Of a DNA stretch of 64,000 nt, positions 10,373 through 21,281 are shown piece by piece. This DNA comes from a virus: positions 28,737 to 92,736 of the IMG/VR virus record IMGVR_UViG_3300043823_000671, one strand, 5' to 3'. Numbering within the stretch: position 1 is the first letter of the stretch; every line of letters starts with the position of its first letter. The position numbers were made by a program, and so were the translations under genes. The notes beneath the pieces are model-generated. The model did not search any database and was not told the DNA's origin. It saw only the letters and a list, made by a program, of their open reading frames with translations.

Positions 10373-10387
10373 TAGTGGAATCCACTA
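10373..10387. repeat. Palindrome TAGTGGA-A-TCCACTA (copy 1)
   Basis: Identical copy at 12235-12249, variant at 12089-12104, half-sites at 10255 and 12031. Confidence 0.85.
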
Positions 10388-11089
10388 CCGGAAGCCGTAC
10401 GAGCCAGAAGCATTTAGGAACCAGAACCCGTACCAGCCAGAAGGAAGTCGCAGAACCGAAGCATCCGGGATTTTCCAAAACTCAGAAGCGGTAAGCCGCC
10501 GGGTTAACAACCCTCAGAAGACCAGGTCAAGCCCCGCTAAGCCAAACCCTTGCAAATAAAGGGCAGTGCTAAAAGCGAAAGCCCGCCGGTTAACAGGACC
10601 AGAATCACGGGCGTCCAAGAAGCCCGAGCCTTGTGACAAAACCCACAAGCAGTCGCTACCACATGACACTAAACCCGTGTACACTTATTTATGAAGGTAA
10701 GTAAGGAGATGGAAATGGCAATATTGGACAGTGACCTAGAAGGCAAGGTTCGTTGCTACTGCGGAGCCAAGTACTGGGAGAACGGTATCTGCGTGGACTG
10801 CGGACTCGATATCTACAGCCTTGACGGGCAAGCCCTGTTGATGGACAACCACCAGTGGCAGTATCGTCTGCGGACGTTCGAGCAATCGGTGCGTGGATAG
10901 ATGTTGAGCGACCAGTTCCTTATTGACGCCGAGCACGGTGCGGGAGACGGCAAGCGCTACCGGGCGACATACTCGGACGAAGTTGTCTTTTTTACGGCAC
11001 GCAACAAGCAAGAAGCAGTACGGATAGCCCGTGAGTGGGGATTCCGTTTCAAGAACGCCCAGCGGGTCTTGGCGTTAGAGGTTGCGTAA

Positions 11090-11788
11090 ATGGCGGAAGT
11101 AGAGCGCTACGAAGTCGAAGTTGACACCCAGATAGTTGACCTATATGCCGAACTCAGCGGGAAGGGCATAAACGTAGACCTCGCAGAGTCACGGGTACGC
11201 AGTATTGTCGCCCACGCCGAATACGGCGGTTGGGGGCAGTACGAATACATAATCCAACTGGACACCGGCGAGAGATACCCGTTCTCAATCCTCAAGACTG
11301 TTGAGTTGACCCTCGGGGGCGAAATAAAAAGCACCGAGAGGCTCATTGACGCAATCGCAGAATACGACGAAGCACTACGCCTATTCTTTGTTACCCAAGC
11401 AGAGTTACTTGAGTGGACGAGTCAGTACACCGGATGGAGTCGGTTCTATCTCGTCGCCGGGGGACACATACACAGTTCCATGGACTGTTCGTCATGCAAT
11501 AAAGGCAGAGACGCTACAAAGTTCATATGGCTACCCAATCTCAGCGGGCTAACCGAAGCGGAGGCGGTAGAAGACCAAGGAGCAATCCTGTGTACAGTTT
11601 GTTTCCCCAGCGCCCCAGTCGAGTACACCAACGCCCACGAACTGGCTAGGGAGCAAAGACAAGCCAACCGATGCCCAGGGTCAGGCAAGTACGTAAGCAA
11701 CGACACGTACCGTTGCCCCGAATGCAACGAGCCAATCTCGGTATCGTGGCAGACCGGAAAAATCCGGGCGCACAACAAGCCTAAATAG
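11090..11788 (+). CDS. Conserved actinophage-type Cys/His-rich hypothetical protein
   Basis: WSRFYLV..GHIHSSMDCSSC...WLP.LSG...LCTVCFPSAP plus a C-terminal CPGSG..CPEC..H Zn ribbon. Confidence 0.7.
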   Translation: MAEVERYEVEVDTQIVDLYAELSGKGINVDLAESRVRSIVAHAEYGGWGQYEYIIQLDTGERYPFSILKTVELTLGGEIKSTERLIDAIAEYDEALRLFFVTQAELLEWTSQYTGWSRFYLVAGGHIHSSMDCSSCNKGRDATKFIWLPNLSGLTEAEAVEDQGAILCTVCFPSAPVEYTNAHELAREQRQANRCPGSGKYVSNDTYRCPECNEPISVSWQTGKIRAHNKPK

Positions 11789-12234
11789 GCACCAGAAGCC
11801 CCTAGAAGCCGATTCTGAGCCCTAGGGGTATTTCCACGCCCAGATGCACCACACCGGGCGGGAAAAGACAACCGGGCGCACAAGCACACACCTCGCACCA
11901 CATACCAGACGTCCCCACATACCCATAGACGTACGTAGTATTACAAATCTAAGTACGTAAGTAGTTCAAAACACGGCGGGCAGAACTAAAACCTATAGAC
12001 CAGCCACCCCCAGGTGCCACCGATAGCGCAAATCCACTAGGCACCGACCCCCTACCCCGGCACACATACCCCCCGTACCCGCCAGAAGTAGTGGGATTCC
12101 ACTAGAACGAAGCCCCGCCATCAGGTGCGATGCATACAGGAACCCTGAAGTATCCCCCGGGTACCCAGATATGTAAGTAGTTACTTAACATACCCACGCT
12201 TGTGAATCCAAACCCCAGTGTTTGCACGGAACCC

Positions 12235-12249
12235 TAGTGGAATCCACTA
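12235..12249. repeat. Palindrome TAGTGGA-A-TCCACTA (copy 2)
   Basis: Identical to 10373-10387. Confidence 0.85.
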
Positions 12250-13597
12250 TGACTTCACAAGGGACGTCTCGCCCTCGGCGTTTCCCACGGGTTCGAGTCA
12301 CGTAGTCCGCCCATGTGGTGAGGCGCTGGGGACCCCCCCCGTCAATTATTTCAAGCGACTTTGGATTTTTCAGACAGCGGGAGTGCGCCCTTGCACCTCC
12401 CAGAATCACTTTTGGATACTAGAGCGTCCTCTAGCCCGGAAATGTCAGGAGAGAGGCATACACACGTTCGCTTGACCCGGGGGAAGTTTTGGAAAAGCCA
12501 GACCCTAGAAAAAACAAAGGCAAACGAGTTCGAAGGGCACCCTACTCTAGCAGGCTCCGGGGTTTTAGCACTGCATCGCTCCACTTAGAGCGGGGTTGCT
12601 AGTTGCTTGACGAGTTCGAGTCAGTTGCTTCGTTAGCACTCTCGCTAGTCGAGTGCGAGTGTGACTTAATCTCCTTGTAAGTGACGTAAGCAATGCCACT
12701 GAGGATGAATAGCCAAGCAGTACAGAAGATAAAGGCAACGAGAGTCATGAAACGATTGTAACCCACTTTGGAAAATAGGCAAGGTCGGTTTACCCACCCC
12801 CCCACTTAGTTCGGGGGTTCGTGAGGATGAATCAGAAGATGCCAAAAATACAAAAATTTTTTTAGGAGGCTAGATACAGATGAACATGAATCTCTATCCG
12901 AGGATATGAAAACTTAGAAGGGGCGCCCCGGCGATGCTTGACACCGCTCTAGTAATCGGTGTAGGGTTGTCTCAACGTATACGCAGAAGGTGAGGTAGGC
13001 GCATGGGGTGTGTGCCCGGATGTGGAAGCAGTTGCCCTTGTGAGGAACCAATGGGCGTCGATGCGGACCGTGAACTGACCTGTGATGAGTGCGGTTTCGA
13101 AGGAATGTTCGAAGGCGTGGATACCCCTTGTGGCGGTGGCGAGACCCACTTTGGGGCTGACTGTCCTAAGTGTGGGAACTACATGGAGTTATGGGAGCAG
13201 AGCAATGACTGGTAAGGATTCTGCTACCGAGTATCGCCCTTCTAGCGTTACTGGTAGCGATGAAGCCCTTGAAGGGTTTCCCCCGGGGTCGGAATCTGAT
13301 GAGTCTGTTGTAAACGCACTTGATATATGGATGGAGTATTTGCATGGAACGAAGTAATGGGGTGCACCTAATCCACGTAGACGATATTGCCTTCTGGGTT
13401 GAGTCTGCGTATATGGGCGATGAGGGTCCCTGCCGGGTTTTGGTCAGCAATGTCCCCCGAGCGAAGCACAATCAGTTGCACGCCGTCGGTCATTTCGGCG
13501 GAAGGATTATTGACGGCGGGCGGTTTAGTACTTATGAGTCAATCGAGGCGTGGGCGCTTGTTCACTACCGAGAGGTTTTGTCTAGCCGGGAGTCGCA

Positions 13598-13771
13598 ATG
13601 AAGAAAAAGCACCGTGATGAGATTAGGAAGGCGCATCGCAGGAATGGTCGATTCTGCAATGAGTGCATTGAGTTTTATCCGTGCGAGACGATTGAGTTGC
13701 TAGACGACTACGAGTGGTTGATTCAGTACGTAGAGATGAATGAAGGCGCTACGCCGGAAAGTGTGCAATAG
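13598..13771 (+). CDS. Paralog-family small protein
   Basis: HRDEIRKAH...CNEC..YPCETIELLDDYE; ATGA overlap. Confidence 0.6.
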   Translation: MKKKHRDEIRKAHRRNGRFCNECIEFYPCETIELLDDYEWLIQYVEMNEGATPESVQ

Positions 13772-14248
13772 AAATGCCACGTGACACAGACGGAACTAAC
13801 TGGATGACGGTTAGATACACCATTGATGTAGATGTTATGGCGGAAGATGCGGATGACGCTTTGTTTCACGCCCAGTTTTTCTTGAAAGACGCAATAGAAG
13901 ACTGCAGGTACACCGAAGAAGTCATTTCGCAATGATGAGCCAAATCGGGAATAACTAATGAGCAAAATAGGGAATAACTAATGCCACCTTTATATGTTTT
14001 AGTTTTTTTGTTCAAGTTGATTAGGCGGTTGTCGAGATGACAAAAGAAACACGACCCGGTGGGGGCGAGGACGTAGTTTTGTCGAAGAGAGACAAACTCA
14101 GAATCCTGTTTTATTGCATTACCCCGGCGTGGGCACGACACACGAAGTGCACCAACAACGGGCTTACATATTTCTATTCAGAAAAAATAGTCAATGGTGA
14201 GTGGACTGCTATCGATACCACCCGTTGTCCTATGTGTGGAGAGAAACT

Positions 14249-14500
14249 ATGAACCAGCAAGAACGAGACGAACTGCGAGCAAAGCACCACGTCGGAACGA
14301 ACGAAGCCGACGACCAATGCCAAGCCTGCTTCAGTATTGATGGCTACCCCTGCGATGTAATCCGGTTGCTGGATGAACTGGAAAACAAGACCGAGTGCGA
14401 CCACAAAGAAATCGATGGTAGTTACTACGGAACTTCTATCCCGGACAACGAGATGGATTACCAATACGGTTACTGCCCCAAGTGTGGAGAGAAACTATGA
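14249..14500 (+). CDS. Paralog-family small protein with C-terminal CPKCGEKL
   Basis: MNQQERDELRAKHH..CQAC..YPCDVIRLLDELE. Confidence 0.7.
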   Translation: MNQQERDELRAKHHVGTNEADDQCQACFSIDGYPCDVIRLLDELENKTECDHKEIDGSYYGTSIPDNEMDYQYGYCPKCGEKL

Positions 14501-14925
14501 CCCTCTACGACTTCGACCAATACGTTGAGGACAACAACATCCAGCCCGACGAACTGGGTCAAGCCTTCGCCGCATGGATGCACCTCACGACTGGGTGGGA
14601 CGGAGAAGCAAATCGAGTGGAACGTGGAGAGAAATCATGAACAGTCCATGGGAACTTTGTCTATTTTTGGTTCCAATCCCAGCGATTATGTTTTTCTTTG
14701 ATTGGCTTGACAACAGAGGGGACAAGCAGTGAAACACTTACTTATATTCGCATTAGTGATAATCGGCATCGGCATCTACTCAAACTTCTTGTGGAAGTTT
14801 TTGCACAAGCACCCACCGTTCAGCGGCGACATGGACACAGCAGAGTACGTTGTGACGGTGTTTGTCGCAGTATGCGCTTCTGTGCTAGTTGGACTACTCA
14901 TCGGAGTTATTTGGACGGTGACGCC

Positions 14926-15117
14926 ATGAACCAACAAGAACGAGACGAACTACGAGCCAAGCACCACGTCCAAGATGGTGACGACGGTTCTACATACTGC
15001 AAAGAAGATGACTCATTGTGGCCCTGCGACGTAATCCGAGTATTGGACGCTTGGGAGAATGAGCGGAACATGGTCGCACTAACTGATTTGATGAGAGAGC
15101 AGGGTTATCCCGAATGA
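14926..15117 (+). CDS. Paralog-family small protein
   Basis: MNQQERDELRAKHH..WPCDVIRVLDAWE. Confidence 0.7.
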   Translation: MNQQERDELRAKHHVQDGDDGSTYCKEDDSLWPCDVIRVLDAWENERNMVALTDLMREQGYPE

Positions 15118-15362
15118 ACCAGCAAGTGCGAGACGCAATCCGCTACAACCACAGACAAGCACCGAATGGAATTTGTATGGGCTGTAGCGTTGAAGAGTTG
15201 GATGACAACATGAACCCGACTGGTCGGAGAATCGGAGGGCGTCCAGGACCCTGCGACGTAATCCGAGTGCTGGATGCCTGGGAAGATAAATACCAAGCGA
15301 CCTACGAAGACGGATACGATGCCGGATACCAAGATGGGGTCAAGGAAGGATTGGAGTCATGA
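15114..15362 (+). CDS. Paralog-family small protein
   Basis: MNQQVRDAIRYNH..CMGC..GPCDVIRVLDAWE. Confidence 0.7.
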   Translation: MNQQVRDAIRYNHRQAPNGICMGCSVEELDDNMNPTGRRIGGRPGPCDVIRVLDAWEDKYQATYEDGYDAGYQDGVKEGLES

Positions 15363-15517
15363 ACATGACCCAGCAAGAACGAGATGTTCTGCGAAACCTA
15401 GCAAAAATTAATATCGACAACAAAACCCACTACGTCGGTTGCTGGCAGAGCCACGGCTGGTGCGCCGTGGAAAGGGTTCTCGATGCATACGAGTCCCTCG
15501 TGAAAGAATCTGGATGA
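15359..15517 (+). CDS. Paralog-family small protein (not in ORF track)
   Basis: MNMTQQERDVLRNL..HYVGCWQSHGWCAVERVLDAYE; ATGA overlaps at both ends. Confidence 0.6.
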   Translation: MNMTQQERDVLRNLAKINIDNKTHYVGCWQSHGWCAVERVLDAYESLVKESG

Positions 15518-15653
15518 GTTTTCCAAACCCCGGGGAAGATGCTTGCGTTTGCGGGCATAGGCGCTCTACCCACAAAGACTGGTGCACCGCAAAGTGCGGT
15601 TGTCGCTCGTTTCGCCCCGCCGTCGAATGGACCAGCATCTACAAAAAGGGTGC

Positions 15654-15683
15654 TTGACATACCTAACTGTAGGGGCGTATAGT
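15654..15683 (+). promoter_or_regulatory. SigA-type promoter
   Basis: TTGACA-N18-TATAGT upstream of a GGAGG RBS and ATG 15719. Confidence 0.65.
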
Positions 15684-15718
15684 GTATATATAAGTTTACA
15701 AACCTATTTGGAGGGAAT

Positions 15719-16285
15719 ATGTCAGAAGTAAACGAACAAAACCAACCGTGCATTTCATGCGAGACAATCATCAATGTCGATGAGGGCGATTACTGTACCT
15801 ACTTCACAAACGGGAAGGTCATCAACCTTTGCTATGGGTGTGACGAAGACCAGTTGAACAGCGCAAGCAACGTCTACTTGGTGGAGGACGGGGAAGTGAA
15901 GCACTTCTACGTCACCGACTACTTTTCGTGCGACGCACTCTACCGTGAGCAGGTCGAAGACTTGTTCGAGCGGTCGTGGGTAAGCAACTACGGTCGTGGG
16001 CACTACGACACAACGATTCAGGGTTTTCAAGAAATCAAAGACCTAACCGGGTGGACCACGGCATGGGTAGACGAAACGGTATCCCGGAAGACAACTTTCA
16101 ACGACTGGGCTGGGGAAGTTATTAGCGGGGACATTGTCCCGCCGGTTACCCTCGCCATTGTCCTCGACCCCACTAGCAATGTGTTCTCAACCGGTGTTAG
16201 CGTTTGGGTAAAGGACGGCGACATCGACGAATTTGCCAAGTGGATTTTGGCAGAGCGTGAAGAACTAGCAGAAGCGGTCCGGTAA
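15719..16285 (+). CDS. Hypothetical protein with N-terminal CxxC..CxxC
   Basis: Good RBS and promoter; CISC..CYGC. Confidence 0.7.
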   Translation: MSEVNEQNQPCISCETIINVDEGDYCTYFTNGKVINLCYGCDEDQLNSASNVYLVEDGEVKHFYVTDYFSCDALYREQVEDLFERSWVSNYGRGHYDTTIQGFQEIKDLTGWTTAWVDETVSRKTTFNDWAGEVISGDIVPPVTLAIVLDPTSNVFSTGVSVWVKDGDIDEFAKWILAEREELAEAVR

Positions 16286-17289
16286 GGAGTATCGGGTGCA
16301 TTGGTTTTATTACTTGATTGGTTGGGCGACCGGTCTTTTGGGCGTCTATGGTCTTTACCGAATCGGTCGCCACTAGGGGGTTGTCAACAATGATGCTTAG
16401 CGAAAGCGTTTCCAAACTTCCACATGACGTTCAGCGTGCAATGACCGAAGGAATGCGACAGTTCATAAAGACCCGTGAAGGATTGTTCCCGGGAGAATCA
16501 TCGGATGAATCTTTGTACCACCTTGTCTACTCAATCTTGAGCGAACAACTTGAACCATTCCAGGGCGACAGCAATGACTTCGTTTCATTCTGTATTGGAA
16601 TAAATGAATCACGACGAATTTGGATTTCCCGCCCGATGAAATACTGTATTGACTTCCCGGAGATTGAGAACGAGAGTCTTCGTGAGAGCGTGGAGAAGGC
16701 GAAAGAAGAAGGAGCCGTCTATCTCGCTGGCGATAACTGGTCCCTTGGTATCGACTCCGAAATCGAAGGCAAGGAAATCCGCTCCGTTGTCTCCGACAAC
16801 TTGGTTTTTGAAATAGCAGTAATTGGATGCGCTGTATTGGCGCTTATGCAAAATAATCTCGACAACATTGAGCCAGTCGACTGGGATAAAGAAGTGTTTG
16901 AATGAACGGATATGTTTGGGTGGTCGACTACGTTGGCGACTTAGGTTTTGAGACTCTCGTTGTCAACGATTTCGAAGAGTTTTATATTTACGGCGACCCC
17001 AGGCAAGGGGTAACGGCTTGGTACAAAAACGAAGATGTCGAGACACGTCTGCCAAAGACATTTTTCATTATGGAAGATGCACAGCGATACGTCGAAGCAA
17101 TCGTTGATGTCATGTATGAAGAAAGATACGTTGAATCACGATTTGACGTACCAAAATCATTCTGCTTCCACTCAAGGAACAGCCTGGAATGCCACCGTGA
17201 GTACAACCACGAAGGACCGCACCATCATGAATTGGAAAGCGGTGTGCGTTTTTCTTGGTTAGGAAAAAAAGAAAGCACTTCTAAGGTTT

Positions 17290-17832
17290 CTAAATAAACC
17301 CAGCGTACGTCATTAGGCTGGAAAGACTTTTTAGGGAACCAGAGCGGAGAACCAGGCGCTCCCCGTATCCAAAGTCGTGCTTGTAGCAAGTCGACAAAAA
17401 CTCGTCCCTAGTAATCCATCCCCAAACAAGAAACTTTGGGTCATTTTCGGGGTTTTTCTTGTCGCTACCAACGTATTGGACAAGAACCGCAACGTCCGCA
17501 TCGAATGCACCGACGTTATTGAAGATAAGTTTGTCTAGTTCGCTCGTTTTTACCTGGATACGGACATACCCAAGTTGCAAATCGAGTCCACCATCGCCCT
17601 CTGTGCGTACATTGGTGTCGTATTCGATACCAAGAACACGGGCAACCGCTACTTCCCCCAGATGACCGACCTTGTTGATGCCCTCAGATGTGTTCTTGCG
17701 GTCAAAAGCCAAGTCACGAACTGACTTCTGGTCTTTGTCACGGCGCATCGTCTTCACGAACGCCATTGAGCGCTCGATGTCGAATGGTTTGATTAGTACT
17801 TTGATTGGTTGTCGTGTCAGATAGTCGCCCAT
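17290..17832 (-). CDS. Putative PD-(D/E)XK-fold protein
   Basis: GHLGEVAV...GDGGLDL...IQVKT pattern. Confidence 0.5.
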   Translation of the reverse strand: MGDYLTRQPIKVLIKPFDIERSMAFVKTMRRDKDQKSVRDLAFDRKNTSEGINKVGHLGEVAVARVLGIEYDTNVRTEGDGGLDLQLGYVRIQVKTSELDKLIFNNVGAFDADVAVLVQYVGSDKKNPENDPKFLVWGWITRDEFLSTCYKHDFGYGERLVLRSGSLKSLSSLMTYAGFI

Positions 17833-17837
17833 GAAAC

Positions 17838-18428
17838 CTACTTTGGAAGTAACTCAACAAACGGCGGGCGTAAACCGCCCCAAAATACGTGCAATGATTC
17901 TATGAATGAACGGAAAAGGTCTTCGGGACTTCCGTTGTTTTCAATAACAAAGTCTTGGTCGGAATACGCAGTCTCGGAGACGTGGGCGTTCACTGGGCTA
18001 TTGCCCGCACGAACAATGCGGACAACCACACCGCCACGTTCCTTGATGGCGAGAGCCTCATTTGGAAAACGAACATCCGGTATGACAAGCATCGATGAAT
18101 GTGGTTTCTCAAAAAGAGAGCGGACCCAAACGTCTTCTCCAATATGGCGCCGACCGCCCTCGGTCCCGAGGCGCTGGAGCAACTCCCTGACTTCGGGGTA
18201 GATTTTTTTAGCGTCTTCCCAGCCGATTAGGTCAACTATTTCTTGTATTCGACGTGAGCGGGAAAAGCCACCCCAGTCAACTACTGGGTTTATGTCGTAC
18301 AGCATCCCACGGAGCGCATCTCCAAATGCCCGAACCTCAAACCCAAGTCTGGTTCGCAACTGGGTTGCGAGGGTGTCTTTCCCAGACTGGGCGAATCCAC
18401 AAATGCCAACGTATGTTTTATTTTCCAT
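17838..18428 (-). CDS. Deoxynucleoside monophosphate kinase
   Basis: GICGFAQSGKDT P-loop, RELLQRLGTE, VIPDVRFPNE, HVSE; TAATG overlap with the macro gene. Confidence 0.9.
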   Translation of the reverse strand: MENKTYVGICGFAQSGKDTLATQLRTRLGFEVRAFGDALRGMLYDINPVVDWGGFSRSRRIQEIVDLIGWEDAKKIYPEVRELLQRLGTEGGRRHIGEDVWVRSLFEKPHSSMLVIPDVRFPNEALAIKERGGVVVRIVRAGNSPVNAHVSETAYSDQDFVIENNGSPEDLFRSFIESLHVFWGGLRPPFVELLPK

Positions 18429-18877
18429 TAGCCACGTGGCGCAAGGTCGTAAATGTAAACCTGTGCTTCGCCAAGCGTCTCGTTGATGATTGACTCGACT
18501 TCTTCCCATGAGCCACCACCGATACCACAACCGATTCTCGGGGCGTGGAAAGTGAACTCTTCGGGGAGATTTGCGAGAGCACCAAGACAGGCACGCAGGG
18601 CATCGTAGTCAACTGCGACCGGCTTTTCAGCCCGGGGAAACCCGTCCTGTGCAATCATGTTCGCAACGTAAGTGTCTTCATCGACCTGAACAAGTTGTAC
18701 GTCCCCAAGCGGATACTCCGGCAAAGAGCGGTACATTGACTCAGGCTCATCCCACTTGTCGCTAAGTGCGATAACAAATCCCGCACCCCAGGCTCCAAGA
18801 TTGTTGCAGATGTGCATAATGACGCACTTGCCATCAACCTGTGGCTCGGTGGCGTCCCCAATCAAGTAGTTAATCAT
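18428..18877 (-). CDS. Macro domain protein (ADP-ribose binding/hydrolase, Poa1p-like)
   Basis: GDAT, HICNNLGAWGAGF, ANMIAQ, PRIGCGIGGGSW. Confidence 0.9.
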   Translation of the reverse strand: MINYLIGDATEPQVDGKCVIMHICNNLGAWGAGFVIALSDKWDEPESMYRSLPEYPLGDVQLVQVDEDTYVANMIAQDGFPRAEKPVAVDYDALRACLGALANLPEEFTFHAPRIGCGIGGGSWEEVESIINETLGEAQVYIYDLAPRG

Positions 18878-19801
18878 TATTACTTCCCTTCTTTTTTAGT
18901 AGTTATAACTACTATTCGTAACGGTTCCGAATAGAACTAATTATTCTCAAAGCCTCTGCATATCCGCTGGCAAAACCAGCGTCAAAAACATTGTCCGGGC
19001 GAGACTGAGAAAGACGCAAGTAGTGCTCAGCCTCCACTCGAATAAGGCTGTACGCTTCATTTAATTTTTTACCCATGTCACTCCTGACTAAGTATTTGGT
19101 CTAATGCATCATTGAGTTCGTTTTGCTGAGACTTGCCAGAGGTAACTCCATCCAAAACGATTTGGTTCAATCGTGAGATGTTTTTATCAAAAGCCATTTT
19201 GATGGAGTCGGTAAAACTGGCGGTCGCTTCAGCCAAGGTTGCCTGTAACTCCGATGCCTGCTCATCAGATAGTTCGCCATCAAGCCATTTGCGCTCGATA
19301 GCCATGCTCTCTAATGAGTGGGCGATAAGAGCCTGTCGACGCTCATACGTGACACGGCTACGAAACATCTCTTCGACACGAGCAACTAAATACCCCAACT
19401 TCTCCGCTTCATGTCGAATCGAGGCGACAAGGGAGGGGTCTGGCGACTCGTAGGGGATAGACATTTGGCTAAAGGCTCAAACCGAGTTGCTTGTCGGCGT
19501 AGTCTTTGACAATCTGAACCGCAGTATTTTGTGCGGTGTCAAGAGAAGAGGCGACACGCTTTTCTCCAAAAGCCTCTGTTTCGCTACCAGCCTCAGCAGT
19601 CCAATCTGCGCCAGTGGGATAGGCGTAAAGGGTGCCCATCAAACGGATGCCAGAATCGTCGCTAACTTTGAAATCGGCTGTGACGCCCTGGGTGTATGTG
19701 ACCCACGGGTCTACTTCTAGGGTTGCCATAATCGGGCTCCTGTCGCTCGTTAGTTTGGCGTCGGTCAAGACCCCTGACGGGGTCAAAAATGACGTTACAT
19801 A

Positions 19802-19830
19802 AGTGTAGTGGGGTTTAGGCGCAAAGTCAA
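19802..19830 (-). promoter_or_regulatory. Phage promoter with CTAAAC-N5-TACACT motif
   Basis: Minus strand TTGACT-N17-TACACT containing CTAAACCCCAC. Confidence 0.65.
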
Positions 19831-20336
19831 GCATGATGCCCCAAAAAGCGCCCCACGGAGCCGTATATCTGTTGATTGGATGATGGGCGGTAACTAAAAT
19901 TTGAAAATCCAAATGAAAGGACGATTTTGCAGGTTTTTACGATTAGCGAGTTTGTAGCAGTAACGCCGTCGGGCGCCCGGGTGAGCCTGGGGGTCCGACA
20001 GGTCGAAGACGGCTGGATTGTTTTTAGCGGAGAGACTGCATTGATTAAGTGCTCCGACTCGGCGTCTGCCACTACGTACACCCAAAAGATTATTGATTGC
20101 TTCGAAGACGCCAGCCTCGCCACGGCGGGTGACACGTCAATCGTCGATGCGGAAATTGTTGAGCCCGACGAAATCATCCCCCCCGGGAAAAACTAAACCG
20201 CAACTAGGATTTTGGAGAGGTCTATATGTCAAGCAATGTCCACCACCTTATTTCCGAAGCAGAAATGATTGGAATCGGCGTCGTAATCGGATTCGTTTTA
20301 GCACTCGTAATTTCTTTTTTCCGCCAGCAGTAATAG

Positions 20337-21281
20337 ATGAACCCGCTCATCAGAAAACTTGCCTCGGCTTCGTCCGAGCAACGTAAAGCGATTCTTTCCA
20401 AACTTTCCCCGGAAGAACTGGCGCAAGTTCTCAAAGAACTGGAGACCATCGAGTCTTCCCCGATGAGGCGTTGGTATTGCACCCGGGAATATTGCGATGG
20501 AAACCCGCACGCTGGATATCACTGGTGCGAGCATCCAATCGATGGGAAGCACACTCCTTTCTGCAAGCACTCACGCACGCCACAAAGACCGCCTGAAAGC
20601 GACCCCGATAACCCCTGGTTGGTTTGGTTCTTCTCTGGTGGACGTGGAACGGGCAAGACACGGGCTGGTGCAGAGTGGGTACTAGACCTAGTTTGGAATC
20701 AGGGATACAAGCGAATCGCTTTGGTCGGTCGAACGCCAGCCGACGTTCGAGACGTAATGATTTACGGGGACTCGGGGATTATGTCCGTTTCGGACCCACA
20801 CCCACGACCAGTGCACGAGCCTACGAAGCGCCGACTCGTTTGGGAAAATGGCGCACAGGCTTTCACTTACTCAGCGGCGGCTCCGAGTCAGTTGCGTGGA
20901 CCGCAACATGACGCATCATGGTGCGACGAGTTAGCAGCATGGACAGATGCACCGAAGGGTGACTCCCTGGATACGAGTTGGAACAACCTAATGCTTGGGT
21001 TGCGTCTTGGAACTGACCCGAAGTGTCTTGTAACCACAACACCAAAACGTGTGAAGTTGGTACGCCAAATCATGGAGCGCAAAACGACGGTCATCACGAA
21101 CGGAACAACGTACGAAAACCTAGACAACCTTGCACCATCATTCAAAGAACAGGTCCTCACATCATATGAAGGGACACGAATCGGGCGCCAGGAACTTGAC
21201 GGCGTCGTTCTAACGGACGTAGAGGGCGCACTTTGGAGTCTGGAGATGATTGATTCTCTCCGTGGAGAGTTGGTCGAATGA
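20337..21281 (+). CDS. terL: Terminase large subunit, ATPase part
   Basis: GGRGTGKTRAGAEW, LRGPQHD, WCDELAAW, VTTTPK, TYENLDNL, YEGTRIGRQEL. Confidence 0.92.
   Translation: MNPLIRKLASASSEQRKAILSKLSPEELAQVLKELETIESSPMRRWYCTREYCDGNPHAGYHWCEHPIDGKHTPFCKHSRTPQRPPESDPDNPWLVWFFSGGRGTGKTRAGAEWVLDLVWNQGYKRIALVGRTPADVRDVMIYGDSGIMSVSDPHPRPVHEPTKRRLVWENGAQAFTYSAAAPSQLRGPQHDASWCDELAAWTDAPKGDSLDTSWNNLMLGLRLGTDPKCLVTTTPKRVKLVRQIMERKTTVITNGTTYENLDNLAPSFKEQVLTSYEGTRIGRQELDGVVLTDVEGALWSLEMIDSLRGELVE

Noticed and set aside
9913-10559. Several overlapping ORFs around the end of terS
   Set aside because: They are alternative-frame or antisense ORFs in low-complexity, repeat-rich DNA without RBS or recognisable motifs.
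12225-12313. tRNA-like 3' end (GGTTCGAGTC...CCA)
   Set aside because: The T-stem is imperfect, and I found no matching 5' acceptor strand or D/anticodon arms.
13598-15517. CRISPR array or diversity-generating retroelement
   Set aside because: The repeats are coding, unevenly spaced and degenerate; there is no reverse transcriptase or cas operon in the window.
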